A stretch of 50,341 bases of DNA, taken from positions 1-50,341 of the forward strand of contig JAHEAM010000001.1 of assembly GCA_024642765.1 (NCBI GenBank), given 5' to 3'. The stretch is from Planctomycetaceae bacterium (GTDB lineage: Bacteria > Planctomycetota > Planctomycetia > Pirellulales > Pirellulaceae). The position numbers and the translations under genes were made by a program. Below are positions 25,106 through 34,807 of this stretch, piece by piece. The first letter of the stretch is position 1; each line of letters opens with the position of its first letter. The notes beneath the pieces are model-generated. The model made no database searches. It was not told the DNA's origin and saw only the letters and a program-made list of their open reading frames with translations.

Positions 25106-28012
25106 TTGTCGTTAACTCAACCAAGGTCGTTAGAATTGGAAATCACCTGCACGATTTGTCGACATGTGGTCCAATATTTTGAGAGGACGCCTAAGTTTTG
25201 CTCCGAATGTGGTGCGGCCTACGCCTCAGAGGAATCGGTGGATTTTCACGCCTTATTGCCACAGGCACCGACCGAGGCCACTGTAGCGCCAACGGGTTTC
25301 TACACACAAACACCCACTGAATCGAATCCAACAAGAATTGGTGGCTACGAAATATTGCGCGAGCTCGGTAGCGGCGGCATGGGTCGAGTTTTTGAGGCTC
25401 TTGACAAAGAGTCGGGGCGTTCCGTAGCGCTAAAGATCCTTTCGTGCCCTAAGGCCAAACGCGACGCGGATGCCGTAGAGCGATTCTTGCGTGAGGGCCA
25501 GTTGGCAGCAAAGGTCTCGCATCCCCGTTCAACCTTTGTTTATGAAGCCGGATTTGCCAACGATCAGCCGTTCATTGCAATGGAGTTGATGCCGGGCAGA
25601 ACGCTCGCCGACGAGTTACGGGAAACGGGACGGTTGGAATTAAAACGCGCTGTCGACGCCATCTTGGATGTCATTGATGGACTGCAGGCGGCGCATCAAA
25701 TCGGTGTCGTGCACCGTGACGTTAAGCCCTCGAATTGTTTTATCGAAGATGATGGCAGGATTAAAATCGGCGATTTTGGTCTGAGCAAGAGTTTGGTCGC
25801 CAATGCAAACTTGACACGCACAGGCACTTTCATGGGGACACCCAGTTTTGCATCGCCGGAACAAGTTCGTGGTGCAAAAGTTGATCACCGAACCGACATC
25901 TACTCCATTGGCGCGACACTCTATGAACTTTTGACGGGGCGTCCACCATTTGTGGGTGACGCAATGTCTGTGACGGCTCAAATTATTTCGGATTTCCCCG
26001 ATCGGCTTCGAAAACACAATCCACAAATCCCCAAGGGGGTTGAGCAGATTGTACTGCAGGCTATTGAAAAGGATCCCGAAAAACGTTTTCAAGATCTCGA
26101 TGCCATTCGCAGTTCCTTGCTGCCGTTCGCATCCCAAGGAACATCGCTCGCACAAACAGGCCGGAGAGTTGCGGCGTTTATGATGGACTACTTTAGCATT
26201 CAACTCTTGTTCCAAATAGCAATGGCCTTGGTGGGCCTGTTGTTGGCCTACCAGATGCATATAGAAATATCCGCTATGTCTCCAGAAGAGATGATGAACT
26301 TCAAAAGCAAAATAGCAACCATGCAAAACTGGGGTGGCATTGCGAATTGGTTTTTTGCGGTTGGCTGGTTCAGCGTCTGGGAATGGTCAACGGGTGCTAC
26401 GCTAGGCAAACAACTGATGGGGATACGTGTGACAAACTCCCGTGGAGAGCGTCCAAACTTGTGGAGAAGCACTCTGCGGAGTTTTGCGATTCCCGGCGGC
26501 TTTGGAATCTTACTGATTACCGCTGTCGCGAGATTTTGGAGCGATCCAACGGAGACGTTTACAACGGAGCATTATCTCTATGTGTGGGTTACCAATATTT
26601 TGACTCTGACGCTATTAGGATTATTTTGTTTTTCAACAATGCGTCAGTCCAATGGTATGCGCGGCATTCATGACTTGCTCAGCGGCACACACGTTATTCA
26701 ATTGTTTTCAGCCCGATTTCAATCAAAAGGTTTGAATGCAAGCCTCCCCATCAAACCTTGCCATCAAGTCCTCCAATTTGGTCGATTCAAGGCGACTGGC
26801 GAATTGCGTTCGAATACAGGTAATGCCAACGTTTTGATAGGTTTGGACGAGACACTTGATCGAAAGGCTTTGATTTTTCGGAACTGTGGGGCTGACTCAA
26901 ATTCTGCTTGCGTATTCAAAAACGTAAATCGCGCAACACGCAGCCGTTGGTTGCAAAGCGGATTCGACGAAAACGGTTTGTGGAATGCATTTGAGTATTT
27001 CGGTGGCGTTCCGTTTTCGTTTGTTGTGACTCGTATGCGCAATGTGGATTGGACTGAGATCAAGAATGCGATCTTTGATTTAACGCGAGAGTTAGAGGCA
27101 GCCGTTTCCGATCAAACCTTACCTCAAAGGTTGTCATTTGATTATTTCATGATTGGCACCGAAGGTCACGGACGGTTGATCGATTTCCCAGTCAACATTA
27201 CTGGCCAATCCAAAGGCCTGACAGTCGGAGCTACGAAAAATCCCTCGACAAGTGATATCGAAAGAGCAAACGAATTGCTGCGAAATGTACTCGATTGGTG
27301 TTTGACAAACCTGCCACTGTCAGAGCCAACGACCAAAATCATTAATGATTTTCGTCGTCGCTCATCAACGTTGCAGTCGATCACGATTCTCAAGGAACAA
27401 CTCGATATTGAAAATCGTCGTGAGTCTCGACTGTATTGGGATTCGAGAATCGGTGTTTTGGCTGCTTCAGCAGGGCTGGAATGGCCCATCATCACTGGAG
27501 TAATATCGCTCTTGAGTTGGATATTGTTTTCGAGGCTCGACTATTTTCCCATTTGGAAAACCGCCTGTGCGTGGGTATTCGTTTTGCTGGGTTGTTATTT
27601 CTTGGGAAAAATCACCAAGGGCGGCCCTGCGTTTCAATTCCTCGGCATCGAACTAAGAAACAAGAAAGGACAACCGGCCGCTAGTTGGTTATGCGGTCTG
27701 CGAATGGCATTAAGTTGGTCTGCAATCTGCGCTTCCGCAATTTTGGCGCCTTGCCTGGTCGATGTTGGTTTGTCACGTATGAACGAAAACAATCCAGCGG
27801 ATGTAGCGGTCTTCGAAAAAACGATTACGGACCAACTTCCCTCTGTGCCAACAAGCCAATCAGCCAGTCAGCATTCGATGGAGTTTAACGCCATGTTAAT
27901 CGTATCTTTGGTCGCATCGATCATCACTTTTGCAGGGGCGGTTGTTTCAGTCGCTTCACCGCAGCGTGGCATTCCCGACTTCATTTTGGGCACGCGACTT
28001 CGGCCTAAATAG
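25106..28012 (+). CDS. Ser/Thr protein kinase with an N-terminal zinc ribbon and two RDD-type membrane modules
   Basis: CTICRH..x15..CSECG. Kinase motifs GSGGMGRVF, VALKIL, HRDVKPSN, DFGLSK, ASPE. RDD-like region (RVAAFMMDYF ... GIHDLLSGTHVI, ~26159-26701), a ~260-aa soluble middle region, and a second RDD-like C-terminal membrane region (GIPDFILGTRL). TTG start. Confidence 0.85.
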   Translation: MSLTQPRSLELEITCTICRHVVQYFERTPKFCSECGAAYASEESVDFHALLPQAPTEATVAPTGFYTQTPTESNPTRIGGYEILRELGSGGMGRVFEALDKESGRSVALKILSCPKAKRDADAVERFLREGQLAAKVSHPRSTFVYEAGFANDQPFIAMELMPGRTLADELRETGRLELKRAVDAILDVIDGLQAAHQIGVVHRDVKPSNCFIEDDGRIKIGDFGLSKSLVANANLTRTGTFMGTPSFASPEQVRGAKVDHRTDIYSIGATLYELLTGRPPFVGDAMSVTAQIISDFPDRLRKHNPQIPKGVEQIVLQAIEKDPEKRFQDLDAIRSSLLPFASQGTSLAQTGRRVAAFMMDYFSIQLLFQIAMALVGLLLAYQMHIEISAMSPEEMMNFKSKIATMQNWGGIANWFFAVGWFSVWEWSTGATLGKQLMGIRVTNSRGERPNLWRSTLRSFAIPGGFGILLITAVARFWSDPTETFTTEHYLYVWVTNILTLTLLGLFCFSTMRQSNGMRGIHDLLSGTHVIQLFSARFQSKGLNASLPIKPCHQVLQFGRFKATGELRSNTGNANVLIGLDETLDRKALIFRNCGADSNSACVFKNVNRATRSRWLQSGFDENGLWNAFEYFGGVPFSFVVTRMRNVDWTEIKNAIFDLTRELEAAVSDQTLPQRLSFDYFMIGTEGHGRLIDFPVNITGQSKGLTVGATKNPSTSDIERANELLRNVLDWCLTNLPLSEPTTKIINDFRRRSSTLQSITILKEQLDIENRRESRLYWDSRIGVLAASAGLEWPIITGVISLLSWILFSRLDYFPIWKTACAWVFVLLGCYFLGKITKGGPAFQFLGIELRNKKGQPAASWLCGLRMALSWSAICASAILAPCLVDVGLSRMNENNPADVAVFEKTITDQLPSVPTSQSASQHSMEFNAMLIVSLVASIITFAGAVVSVASPQRGIPDFILGTRLRPK

Positions 28013-28055
28013 AAAACCGTAACCCAAACAATAAATGATTTCCGTCAAGCCGGAC

Positions 28056-29564
28056 TTACCGAATCACTTCGCCACCATCCGGGGTCAGCATTGCTCGCAG
28101 TTTGTTAGGATCGATATCGGCCGGCAGCCTTTCGGCACTTCCATCAAACATCCCGACCAAAATGGGTTCCTTTGAATCCGTAAAGTACCGAACGATTTCA
28201 TCGATGGTCATATCGTTTTCAGCAGCCCACGGTAACTCGCGATCCGTTTTGATAAACGCAATTGTATTGGAGGTACCGTCCGTTATGTTGCCCATGCGAA
28301 GAATTGGCTTATCCAATTTGACGCCAACGATCCCCGTTGTTTTACCGTTGTGTCCAAAGAACGTTGGCATTTTATCAATGAGGAAGGCATTCGATTCACT
28401 ATCATTGTCATCGTCGAAGTCAACAGTGTCGAAATCAATTTCGCTGTCCAAGTACTTCGATAGATAAACCCGCCAACTCAGGTCATTATCGGAATCCGCG
28501 ACGTCACCAAAAGGAAAATGCCTGTTGGAATCGTAGTAAAAATGAAGTGCCATCACGACCTGTTGCATGTCATTGATTTCAGTGGCTTTTTCCGCGGCAC
28601 GTTGCACTTCGGGCACGAGGGCCGCGAGCCTTTTGTCAAGGCTGGCGGGGCGTTTTGCGGTGATAACAATGTTTGATTCGGATTCGGACACAGTCAGTCC
28701 TTCGCCAAGCTCTTTCATGATCTTTACCATGTCTTCTAAGTTGTCCGGCACGTACTCAGAACGTTCACTAATCAAATTGCGAATCAACTCGACGACCGCA
28801 TCAGCCAATTCGTGAACCGTCTTGGTTTCACCCTCGCGGCCCGACAAAGTAATCTGAATCATTTCGTCCTTGTCAGGATTGGCCAGAGCAAAAATGGTCT
28901 TGACGCTCGAGAGCTTCGAGAGGATTCCTACGATTTCGGGAGGCATGAAACCGGCACTTGCACCCAACTCGCGCAGTAGGTCTTCACAATCCGTCAAATC
29001 GGCTGCAAATCGCAGTGCCGAGCCATCCGTTTTTGACCACAACTTGAGCAGTGCCTCGGACGCAATATCCGAGTTCCATTGTGTCAAATAATTGTCAGTA
29101 CCAATTAGCAGAGTCAGGTCGTCTGGCATATTGGCCGCGACGTTTTTGGGGCCGAACTGGGGACGATAGATTTTTCGGCCGTCAAGTTCGTCTTCTTCCG
29201 AGCTGGATTTCACCGAATCGAAAATTCCGTCAAGTTGACCGGCCTCGCGGACGAGCATTTTTAACAACATGCTCGTGGGAAACTCGTCACCGTTGGATTC
29301 GCGAAGCACACTTAAGTCTACTGGTATCGCGAATTGAAACTCAATTTGCAGGTCGTTAAGTTTTAGTCCGGCGGGAAGTAACCCAAGTAGGTTACCATTT
29401 TGCATCAGCAATTCGCCGGCCGGGGTAAGCAAGCTCTCGAGATCCAACGAAGCTCGCAAATTCGCGCGCTCGTCAGCAGGCAAATCCGTTTGAGCAAAAG
29501 TCGCCGCTGCAATCAAGAAAACAAACAAAAAACAAACAGTTGTCAGGACCCGAAACTGACTCAT
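28056..29564 (-). CDS. Secreted protein with a C-terminal DUF1559-like (planctomycete pilin-associated) domain and no prepilin leader
   Basis: Sec-type signal peptide MSQFRVLTTVCFLFVFLIAAATFAQT. The C-terminal ~185 aa carry DUF1559 hallmarks: QRAAEKATEINDMQQVVMALHFYYDSNRHFP, LSWRVYLSKYL, ITDGTSNTIAF, FDGSAERL, PDGGEV. Confidence 0.75.
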   Translation of the reverse strand: MSQFRVLTTVCFLFVFLIAAATFAQTDLPADERANLRASLDLESLLTPAGELLMQNGNLLGLLPAGLKLNDLQIEFQFAIPVDLSVLRESNGDEFPTSMLLKMLVREAGQLDGIFDSVKSSSEEDELDGRKIYRPQFGPKNVAANMPDDLTLLIGTDNYLTQWNSDIASEALLKLWSKTDGSALRFAADLTDCEDLLRELGASAGFMPPEIVGILSKLSSVKTIFALANPDKDEMIQITLSGREGETKTVHELADAVVELIRNLISERSEYVPDNLEDMVKIMKELGEGLTVSESESNIVITAKRPASLDKRLAALVPEVQRAAEKATEINDMQQVVMALHFYYDSNRHFPFGDVADSDNDLSWRVYLSKYLDSEIDFDTVDFDDDNDSESNAFLIDKMPTFFGHNGKTTGIVGVKLDKPILRMGNITDGTSNTIAFIKTDRELPWAAENDMTIDEIVRYFTDSKEPILVGMFDGSAERLPADIDPNKLRAMLTPDGGEVIR

Positions 29565-29723
29565 CACATACTCCTTCTGTTTTCAATGGACGAATGGAAT
29601 ACATCGACGTCCCGCTGACATTGCCGGAGTCAAATAGCTTTCGCCTGTCTTCAGCGAATGAATCTCACTTAAGAACCTATTAGAACCGCGCTCGTAGCCC
29701 CACTCAAGCGACATTGCTCCCTT

Positions 29724-30452
29724 TCAATCAAGCTTTAAATGAAATTCACGAGTCAATGACTCGTATTTTTCCGAATACTGGTGCCTTGAGGTCTCGACCA
29801 CAAGTTCGTCGACCACAGGCGTCGAAACCGATCCGCGAGAAAGCGACAACAGCGAACGTTTAGGAGCACGGCCGGGCAGCGGCAACACATTTGTGCGGCG
29901 GTTTAGGCTCAACGATTGGGTTTCAGCCAATTCAATGGTTGCCTCAGCGGCGTCGAAAGGAATGATCAACGACAAAACACCTGTTGGCGCAAGCAATTGA
30001 TTCGCACCCGCAATCAACTCGTCCATTCGCAACGAGCACTGGTGCCGAGCAGCGGAGCGTTGCCGTAACGGCGATTCAAGGTGATTCAAGAAATAAGGCG
30101 GATTACTGACGATCAAATCGAAAGCTCTCGTTGCCTCACTTTGCTGCGCAACATATTCCTGAAACGAAGTGTTGGCAATCGCGATCCTACTCGGCCATGG
30201 CGACGCTAACACGTTCTCGTTCGCCTGCTCGGCGGCGGCGGCGTCAATCTCAAGGCCGACGATCTCGGCTTCTTCAAAACGCTGCGCAAGCATCAGGGCA
30301 ATCAGTCCACAGCCGGTGCCGATGTCCAACATGCGATTGCCGTGTCGTGGCAGCATTGCCCAAGCACCTAACAAAACGCCGTCGGTGCCAACCTTCATCG
30401 CACATCGGTCATGACCGATTGTGAATTGTTTGAATCGAAAGGGCACGCTCAT
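29724..30452 (-). CDS. tRNA1(Val) (adenine37-N6)-methyltransferase (YfiC/TrmN6-like)
   Basis: FRFKQFTIGHDRCAMKVGTDGVLLGAWA, DIGTGCGLIALMLAQR and SNPPYF are collinear with E. coli YfiC. ATG at 30452 is preferred to 30488. Confidence 0.85.
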   Translation of the reverse strand: MSVPFRFKQFTIGHDRCAMKVGTDGVLLGAWAMLPRHGNRMLDIGTGCGLIALMLAQRFEEAEIVGLEIDAAAAEQANENVLASPWPSRIAIANTSFQEYVAQQSEATRAFDLIVSNPPYFLNHLESPLRQRSAARHQCSLRMDELIAGANQLLAPTGVLSLIIPFDAAEATIELAETQSLSLNRRTNVLPLPGRAPKRSLLSLSRGSVSTPVVDELVVETSRHQYSEKYESLTREFHLKLD

Positions 30453-30598
30453 GTCAGTCCGCTTGTTTTCTCTTAGCTTGCCCAACATTCGCAGGTTTCG
30501 CTAGCATTTGGGAAAAAAATCTCAAGGCGTATTCGATCCGCCTGTCTTTATGTCAGCGCTTTCGATACAAGGCTGCATCGTACTAACATAAATCCTAG

Positions 30599-32086
30599 TT
30601 GCTAACTCATGGTGTTGTCTGCGTGGCCTCGTGTGAGACTCGTGTTCGAAATACTCCGTCCCGATTGGACTGTGTGCTCAGTTTGGTCTTGATCGGCGGA
30701 TTTGTCGTTTGCATGTTGGCCGCGATTTGGTTTCCGGACCTAACGGTTTCTAAATGGGGGTTGGGAGCTGTAATTGTGGGTATGAGCTTGCGGGTCAGAC
30801 CAGACCGCGAATATTTCACATCTGCGTTCTTTGCGAGTTGGCGATCAAAAACCGAATGGATCGCCGCCGCAAAATTGACTTTGACGATGACGGCCATCTT
30901 AATCGGCCTAAGTCTTTGCTTTGGGACATGGAGTGGTGACCTTGGCGCCGTTTTCGGTGACAAGTCATTGCGGCATTGGATGATGGTGAAATTGCCAACG
31001 GTTGGGCTGCAGCAATGGTTGTTGTTGATCCTGTTGTTGCCGTTGTTGCTGACCGTTTGTCGCAAACGCACTCAGGCAACCATTGCCGGGGCTTCCATTT
31101 TTTCTCTCGTACATTTACCTAATCCGCTGTTGATGTTGTTGACTTGGGTTGTCAGTATTTTTTGGATCCGCAATTTTCAACGTGGCAATCAAATCTTGCC
31201 GATCATAGCGTCGCATTTTTTCTTGGCGGTCGTTGCTGCGGGATTGTGCGGTGAGTATTCATTCAACATGCGGGTGGGGCCAAAATGCCTGGCACTTTAT
31301 CCAACGCCGATTGAAGAAAACAGCTCGCGTGAAGGTTCACGGTACTATCACTGGCCTCAATGCATTCTCGGTTGCGTCAAACAAATGACACAAGAAACCG
31401 ATTACGTAACGCTTCAAGGCTGGAGCATTGACACAATCCATCGCGATGCACCCTCGAAATTCTATTTGGAAAACAAAGGAAAACTCACGCCGATCGCGCA
31501 AGCGAAGACTTCGGAAATTGCTCCCGAACAATTCGACGACGCGGCGCAATCAGGATTTTGTAATGGCAAATGTTTCGCATTTGAATTGCGTTTTCCTGTT
31601 GCGGATCTTGAGCCTGGAAATGAAGCGAAAATTTGGGCTGCCAACGCAAATGGCTGGCTGGCACCTCTCGTCGCCGAAGGCCGCATTGCCCCCTCAGCAT
31701 TGGTTCCCGTAGGATACACGCTGGTTCAGTTCCCCCAAAAAATCGACGGTCGCATCACCAAAGTTGTGCAGCGGAATCAAACATTGTCTGTACGCGGCTG
31801 GGTTGCAGAACAAGACGGCAATCCTGCCTGTGAACAAGTGTTAGTTGTCAACAAGATGGTTGATCAGGAAAGACAATTCGCGACGTACGATTGCGAATTC
31901 GCTACCCCAGTTCCGAATTTCAACGCCGGACGAATATTTCAAGTCAAATGCGCGGAACCCCAAGAATCAAACGCGAACGATTTCGCCTTTTTTGCGGTCG
32001 ATCAACGTCAACGTCTACACCGATTGGCCATGACGCCCGCCGCAACGGTTGAAATAAGCAAATTGCAATCAACTGGACATTTTTAG
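30599..32086 (+). CDS. Polytopic membrane protein with a duplicated soluble C-terminal module, unknown function
   Basis: About 6-7 TM helices in the first 230 aa, including FSLVHLPN and IASHFFLAV (a faint CPBP/Abi resemblance that lacks the EExxxR motif). Two C-terminal repeats start VTLQGWS and LSVRGWV. The TTG start is uncertain. Confidence 0.6.
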   Translation: MLTHGVVCVASCETRVRNTPSRLDCVLSLVLIGGFVVCMLAAIWFPDLTVSKWGLGAVIVGMSLRVRPDREYFTSAFFASWRSKTEWIAAAKLTLTMTAILIGLSLCFGTWSGDLGAVFGDKSLRHWMMVKLPTVGLQQWLLLILLLPLLLTVCRKRTQATIAGASIFSLVHLPNPLLMLLTWVVSIFWIRNFQRGNQILPIIASHFFLAVVAAGLCGEYSFNMRVGPKCLALYPTPIEENSSREGSRYYHWPQCILGCVKQMTQETDYVTLQGWSIDTIHRDAPSKFYLENKGKLTPIAQAKTSEIAPEQFDDAAQSGFCNGKCFAFELRFPVADLEPGNEAKIWAANANGWLAPLVAEGRIAPSALVPVGYTLVQFPQKIDGRITKVVQRNQTLSVRGWVAEQDGNPACEQVLVVNKMVDQERQFATYDCEFATPVPNFNAGRIFQVKCAEPQESNANDFAFFAVDQRQRLHRLAMTPAATVEISKLQSTGHF

Positions 32087-32128
32087 ATTTTCGAGAACAC
32101 AACGCAGTTCGACTGCGAAGAGTTGGAA

Positions 32129-33196
32129 ATGCAAAACAAGATTTCATTACGACGAATATTTATTGGCTGTTGCCTTGATAAAAGCCATGCCGAGTACCCC
32201 GTCCGCGCTGCACTTGCTGGAAATCGAGCACTCACGTGCGTTGGTCTGACACGAATCTATTTGACTTTTGTTTTCATTGCCTTGTATTCTTTTCCTGGTT
32301 TCGCACTTGCACAGTCATTGTCGCAAAACCCGATCTCGCAAGTTTTGGATTCACCATTTCCGGATTCCCCACCCATCACGAGCGATGCACAGTTGCCAAC
32401 CAACGAACTTTCGTATCCTGCGGGAAATGAATGGCCATCGAATGAATTGGATTACTCGCTGGACGTTAACGCTGGCATCGACGATTCGATCGGCCACACC
32501 CCGGCCACGGTATGGGAGGTTCTGGTTAATGATCAGCGTCAATTTTACTCTCGAAAAACGTTGCGCCCCTTGATCATCGGTTTGTCGGCAAGTGCCGTGC
32601 TCGCCAATACTCGCATGGATCAAGAATTTGCCGATTGGTATCAGGACAACGTTCGAAGTAACACGTCGGATGATATCGCTAAATTCGCGAAGGTTTTTGG
32701 TGAGCATTTCCAAATGGCTGGAATATTTGCCGTAACCTCGATTGGGAGTCGAGTACTCAATGTGAATCCCAATATACAAGTTTGGAGCGATCGCAGTTTG
32801 CGAAGTCTGTTGGTTGGCGTGCCACCGCTCTGGTTGTTGCAACGGAGTATTGGATCCAGCCGGCCCAATGACATGCCGCCATCATCCAATTGGGACTTTT
32901 GGGCTGATGACAACGGTGCAAGTGGCCACGCGTTTGTCGGTGCCGTTCCCTTCTTGGTCGCCTCGCAACTTGCAGAACGTCCTGTCTACAAAGCTGGATG
33001 GATTGCCGCCTCGACCTTGACAGGTTGGTCGCGTATCAACGACAACGATCATTACCTTTCGCAAGTCGTCTTGGGTTGGTGTCTCGCCTACGCTTCGACC
33101 CAAGCCATTCGCCGCTCCGACTATGACTTGGGAATCGAAATCCGTCCACAGATGATTGGCTCGACGCCTGGCGCAGGCATCAGCTGGGATTATTGA
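32129..33196 (+). CDS. PAP2 (type 2 phosphatidic acid phosphatase) superfamily protein, motifs partly degenerate
   Basis: Signal or anchor segment LTFVFIALYSFPGFALAQS. GSSRPND, ASGHAF and SRINDNDHYLSQ follow the KxxxxxxRP / PSGH / SRxxxxxHxxxD order, but the first K and last D are substituted. Confidence 0.7.
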   Translation: MQNKISLRRIFIGCCLDKSHAEYPVRAALAGNRALTCVGLTRIYLTFVFIALYSFPGFALAQSLSQNPISQVLDSPFPDSPPITSDAQLPTNELSYPAGNEWPSNELDYSLDVNAGIDDSIGHTPATVWEVLVNDQRQFYSRKTLRPLIIGLSASAVLANTRMDQEFADWYQDNVRSNTSDDIAKFAKVFGEHFQMAGIFAVTSIGSRVLNVNPNIQVWSDRSLRSLLVGVPPLWLLQRSIGSSRPNDMPPSSNWDFWADDNGASGHAFVGAVPFLVASQLAERPVYKAGWIAASTLTGWSRINDNDHYLSQVVLGWCLAYASTQAIRRSDYDLGIEIRPQMIGSTPGAGISWDY

Positions 33197-34166
33197 TCGG
33201 GCCCGCGAATAATTGGCCGACAGCGATGGGATATCCGCGCAAAAAGGCGTCGATTGGCATCGACTTCTTGCCAGCCGGTTGAACCATCATTAACTCAAGT
33301 TGTCCCTGGCCTGTTTGCACTACAAGTGAATCTCGGTCGCGTTTGATGACAGTTCCGGGCGAGTCCGATATGCCGGAAGACGGAACATGGGATTCATAGA
33401 CGCAAGCGGCGTTGATAATCAAACGGATGGGCGTTGACTCAGGTCTTAGCCACTCGGTAAACGTTCCGGGCCATGGTTGAAAGGCGCGAACCTGATTCAC
33501 GATTTGTTGTGCCGAACGCTGCCAACGAATCCAGCCGTCTTCCTTGCGCAGTCGACGTGCTGACGTAGCTAATGCAGGATCCTGAAGAACACCTATCGCC
33601 GAAGTGCCATCCCAATTGGTCAATAAACCGATGGAATCCAAAACAGGTTGCACGCCCAATTGCGATAACCTTGGCTCAATACTCTCCGTTGTGTCGTTGG
33701 TTTCGATCGGCAATGTTGCCGTATTTAAGACAGGTCCACCATCGAGCTTGGATGTCATGTGTATGACGCTAACGCCTGTTGTCGTTTCGCCGCGATAGAT
33801 CGCCCAGTTGATGGGAGCTGCCCCACGGTAACGCGGCAAGAGCGACCCATGCAAATTAACACCACCCAAACGCGCCGCAGCCAGACATTCTTTGGAAAGA
33901 ATTTGCCCAAAGTCGCATACAACAAATAGGTCCGCATTTATCTGCCGGAGAACATCCACAAACGAGACTTCGTTAGCGTCAGACGGAGCAAAGACCGCGA
34001 GCTCACGTGCCTCGGCCAGTTCACGCATAGGGTTTGCCGCCGATTTACGTCGCTTGCCCGCGTCGTCGATCGGGCGTGTGACTAACGCAACGACTTCATG
34101 ACTCGTAAGCAATTCCGAAAAAGTTGGAACGGCAAAAGGACCCGTTCCAAACATCACGATTTTCAT
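33180..34166 (-). CDS. fmt: Methionyl-tRNA formyltransferase
   Basis: MKIVMFGTGPFAVPTF, VTRPDxxxGR-like VTRPIDDAGKRRK, NLHGSLLPRYRGAAPINWAI. Lies immediately downstream of def. Confidence 0.9.
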   Translation of the reverse strand: MKIVMFGTGPFAVPTFSELLTSHEVVALVTRPIDDAGKRRKSAANPMRELAEARELAVFAPSDANEVSFVDVLRQINADLFVVCDFGQILSKECLAAARLGGVNLHGSLLPRYRGAAPINWAIYRGETTTGVSVIHMTSKLDGGPVLNTATLPIETNDTTESIEPRLSQLGVQPVLDSIGLLTNWDGTSAIGVLQDPALATSARRLRKEDGWIRWQRSAQQIVNQVRAFQPWPGTFTEWLRPESTPIRLIINAACVYESHVPSSGISDSPGTVIKRDRDSLVVQTGQGQLELMMVQPAGKKSMPIDAFLRGYPIAVGQLFAGPINNPS

Positions 34167-34201
34167 AGGGCAACGCTGGGTGATTAGAGTTTGGTTTTCG
34201 A

Positions 34202-34807
34202 CTAACAATATTGGCGTTCGAGTGCGGCCAGTCGCTCGGCAATTTCTTTGTCGCTAGGAATCTTGTTTGCTGCTTGGAGATTTCGAATTTCAATATCGAA
34301 CTCGTCGATCTGTTCCGCCAATTGTTTTTTTTCATTTTCGTCGAGGCGATCGATAAACAGTGTTCCTTGCAGATGGTCGAATTCATGTTGAATGACGCGT
34401 GCTAGCAAGCCCTCGGCAATCATATTGATTTCGTTACCGTGGAGATCAAAGCCCGTAACCTGGACTTTTTCGGGTCTTGCGACTTCGCCATAAAGACCGG
34501 GCAAACTAAGGCAACCTTCTTCTGCAGAAGCTTGGCCACGGGGTGATTTGAGCACTGGATTGATAAAAACGAGCTCTTTTCCCGACGACTGAACGCCTTC
34601 AGGGTTCACAACGAACAATTGAAACGGCAAATCGACTTGATTCGCTGCCAAGCCGATTCCTTTGGCAGCGTACATAAGCTCGAACATTTTCTCGATGTAT
34701 TGGCGGATCGTTCTATCAACCGTGCGCAATGGTTTCGAAACATGACGAAGGGTTGGATGTGGGTAGTGAATGATGTTCAACTCGGCAACTCCGGACACTG
34801 GTTTCAT
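34202..34807 (-). CDS. def: Peptide deformylase
   Basis: GIGLAANQV, EGCLSLPG and QHEFDHL, the three canonical deformylase motifs. Confidence 0.92.
   Translation of the reverse strand: MKPVSGVAELNIIHYPHPTLRHVSKPLRTVDRTIRQYIEKMFELMYAAKGIGLAANQVDLPFQLFVVNPEGVQSSGKELVFINPVLKSPRGQASAEEGCLSLPGLYGEVARPEKVQVTGFDLHGNEINMIAEGLLARVIQHEFDHLQGTLFIDRLDENEKKQLAEQIDEFDIEIRNLQAANKIPSDKEIAERLAALERQYC

Noticed and set aside
33180-33196. 17-nt convergent overlap of the PAP2-like gene and fmt 3' ends
   Set aside because: This is real in the sequence but is a common consequence of compact convergent genes. No structure or motif suggests a regulatory function.
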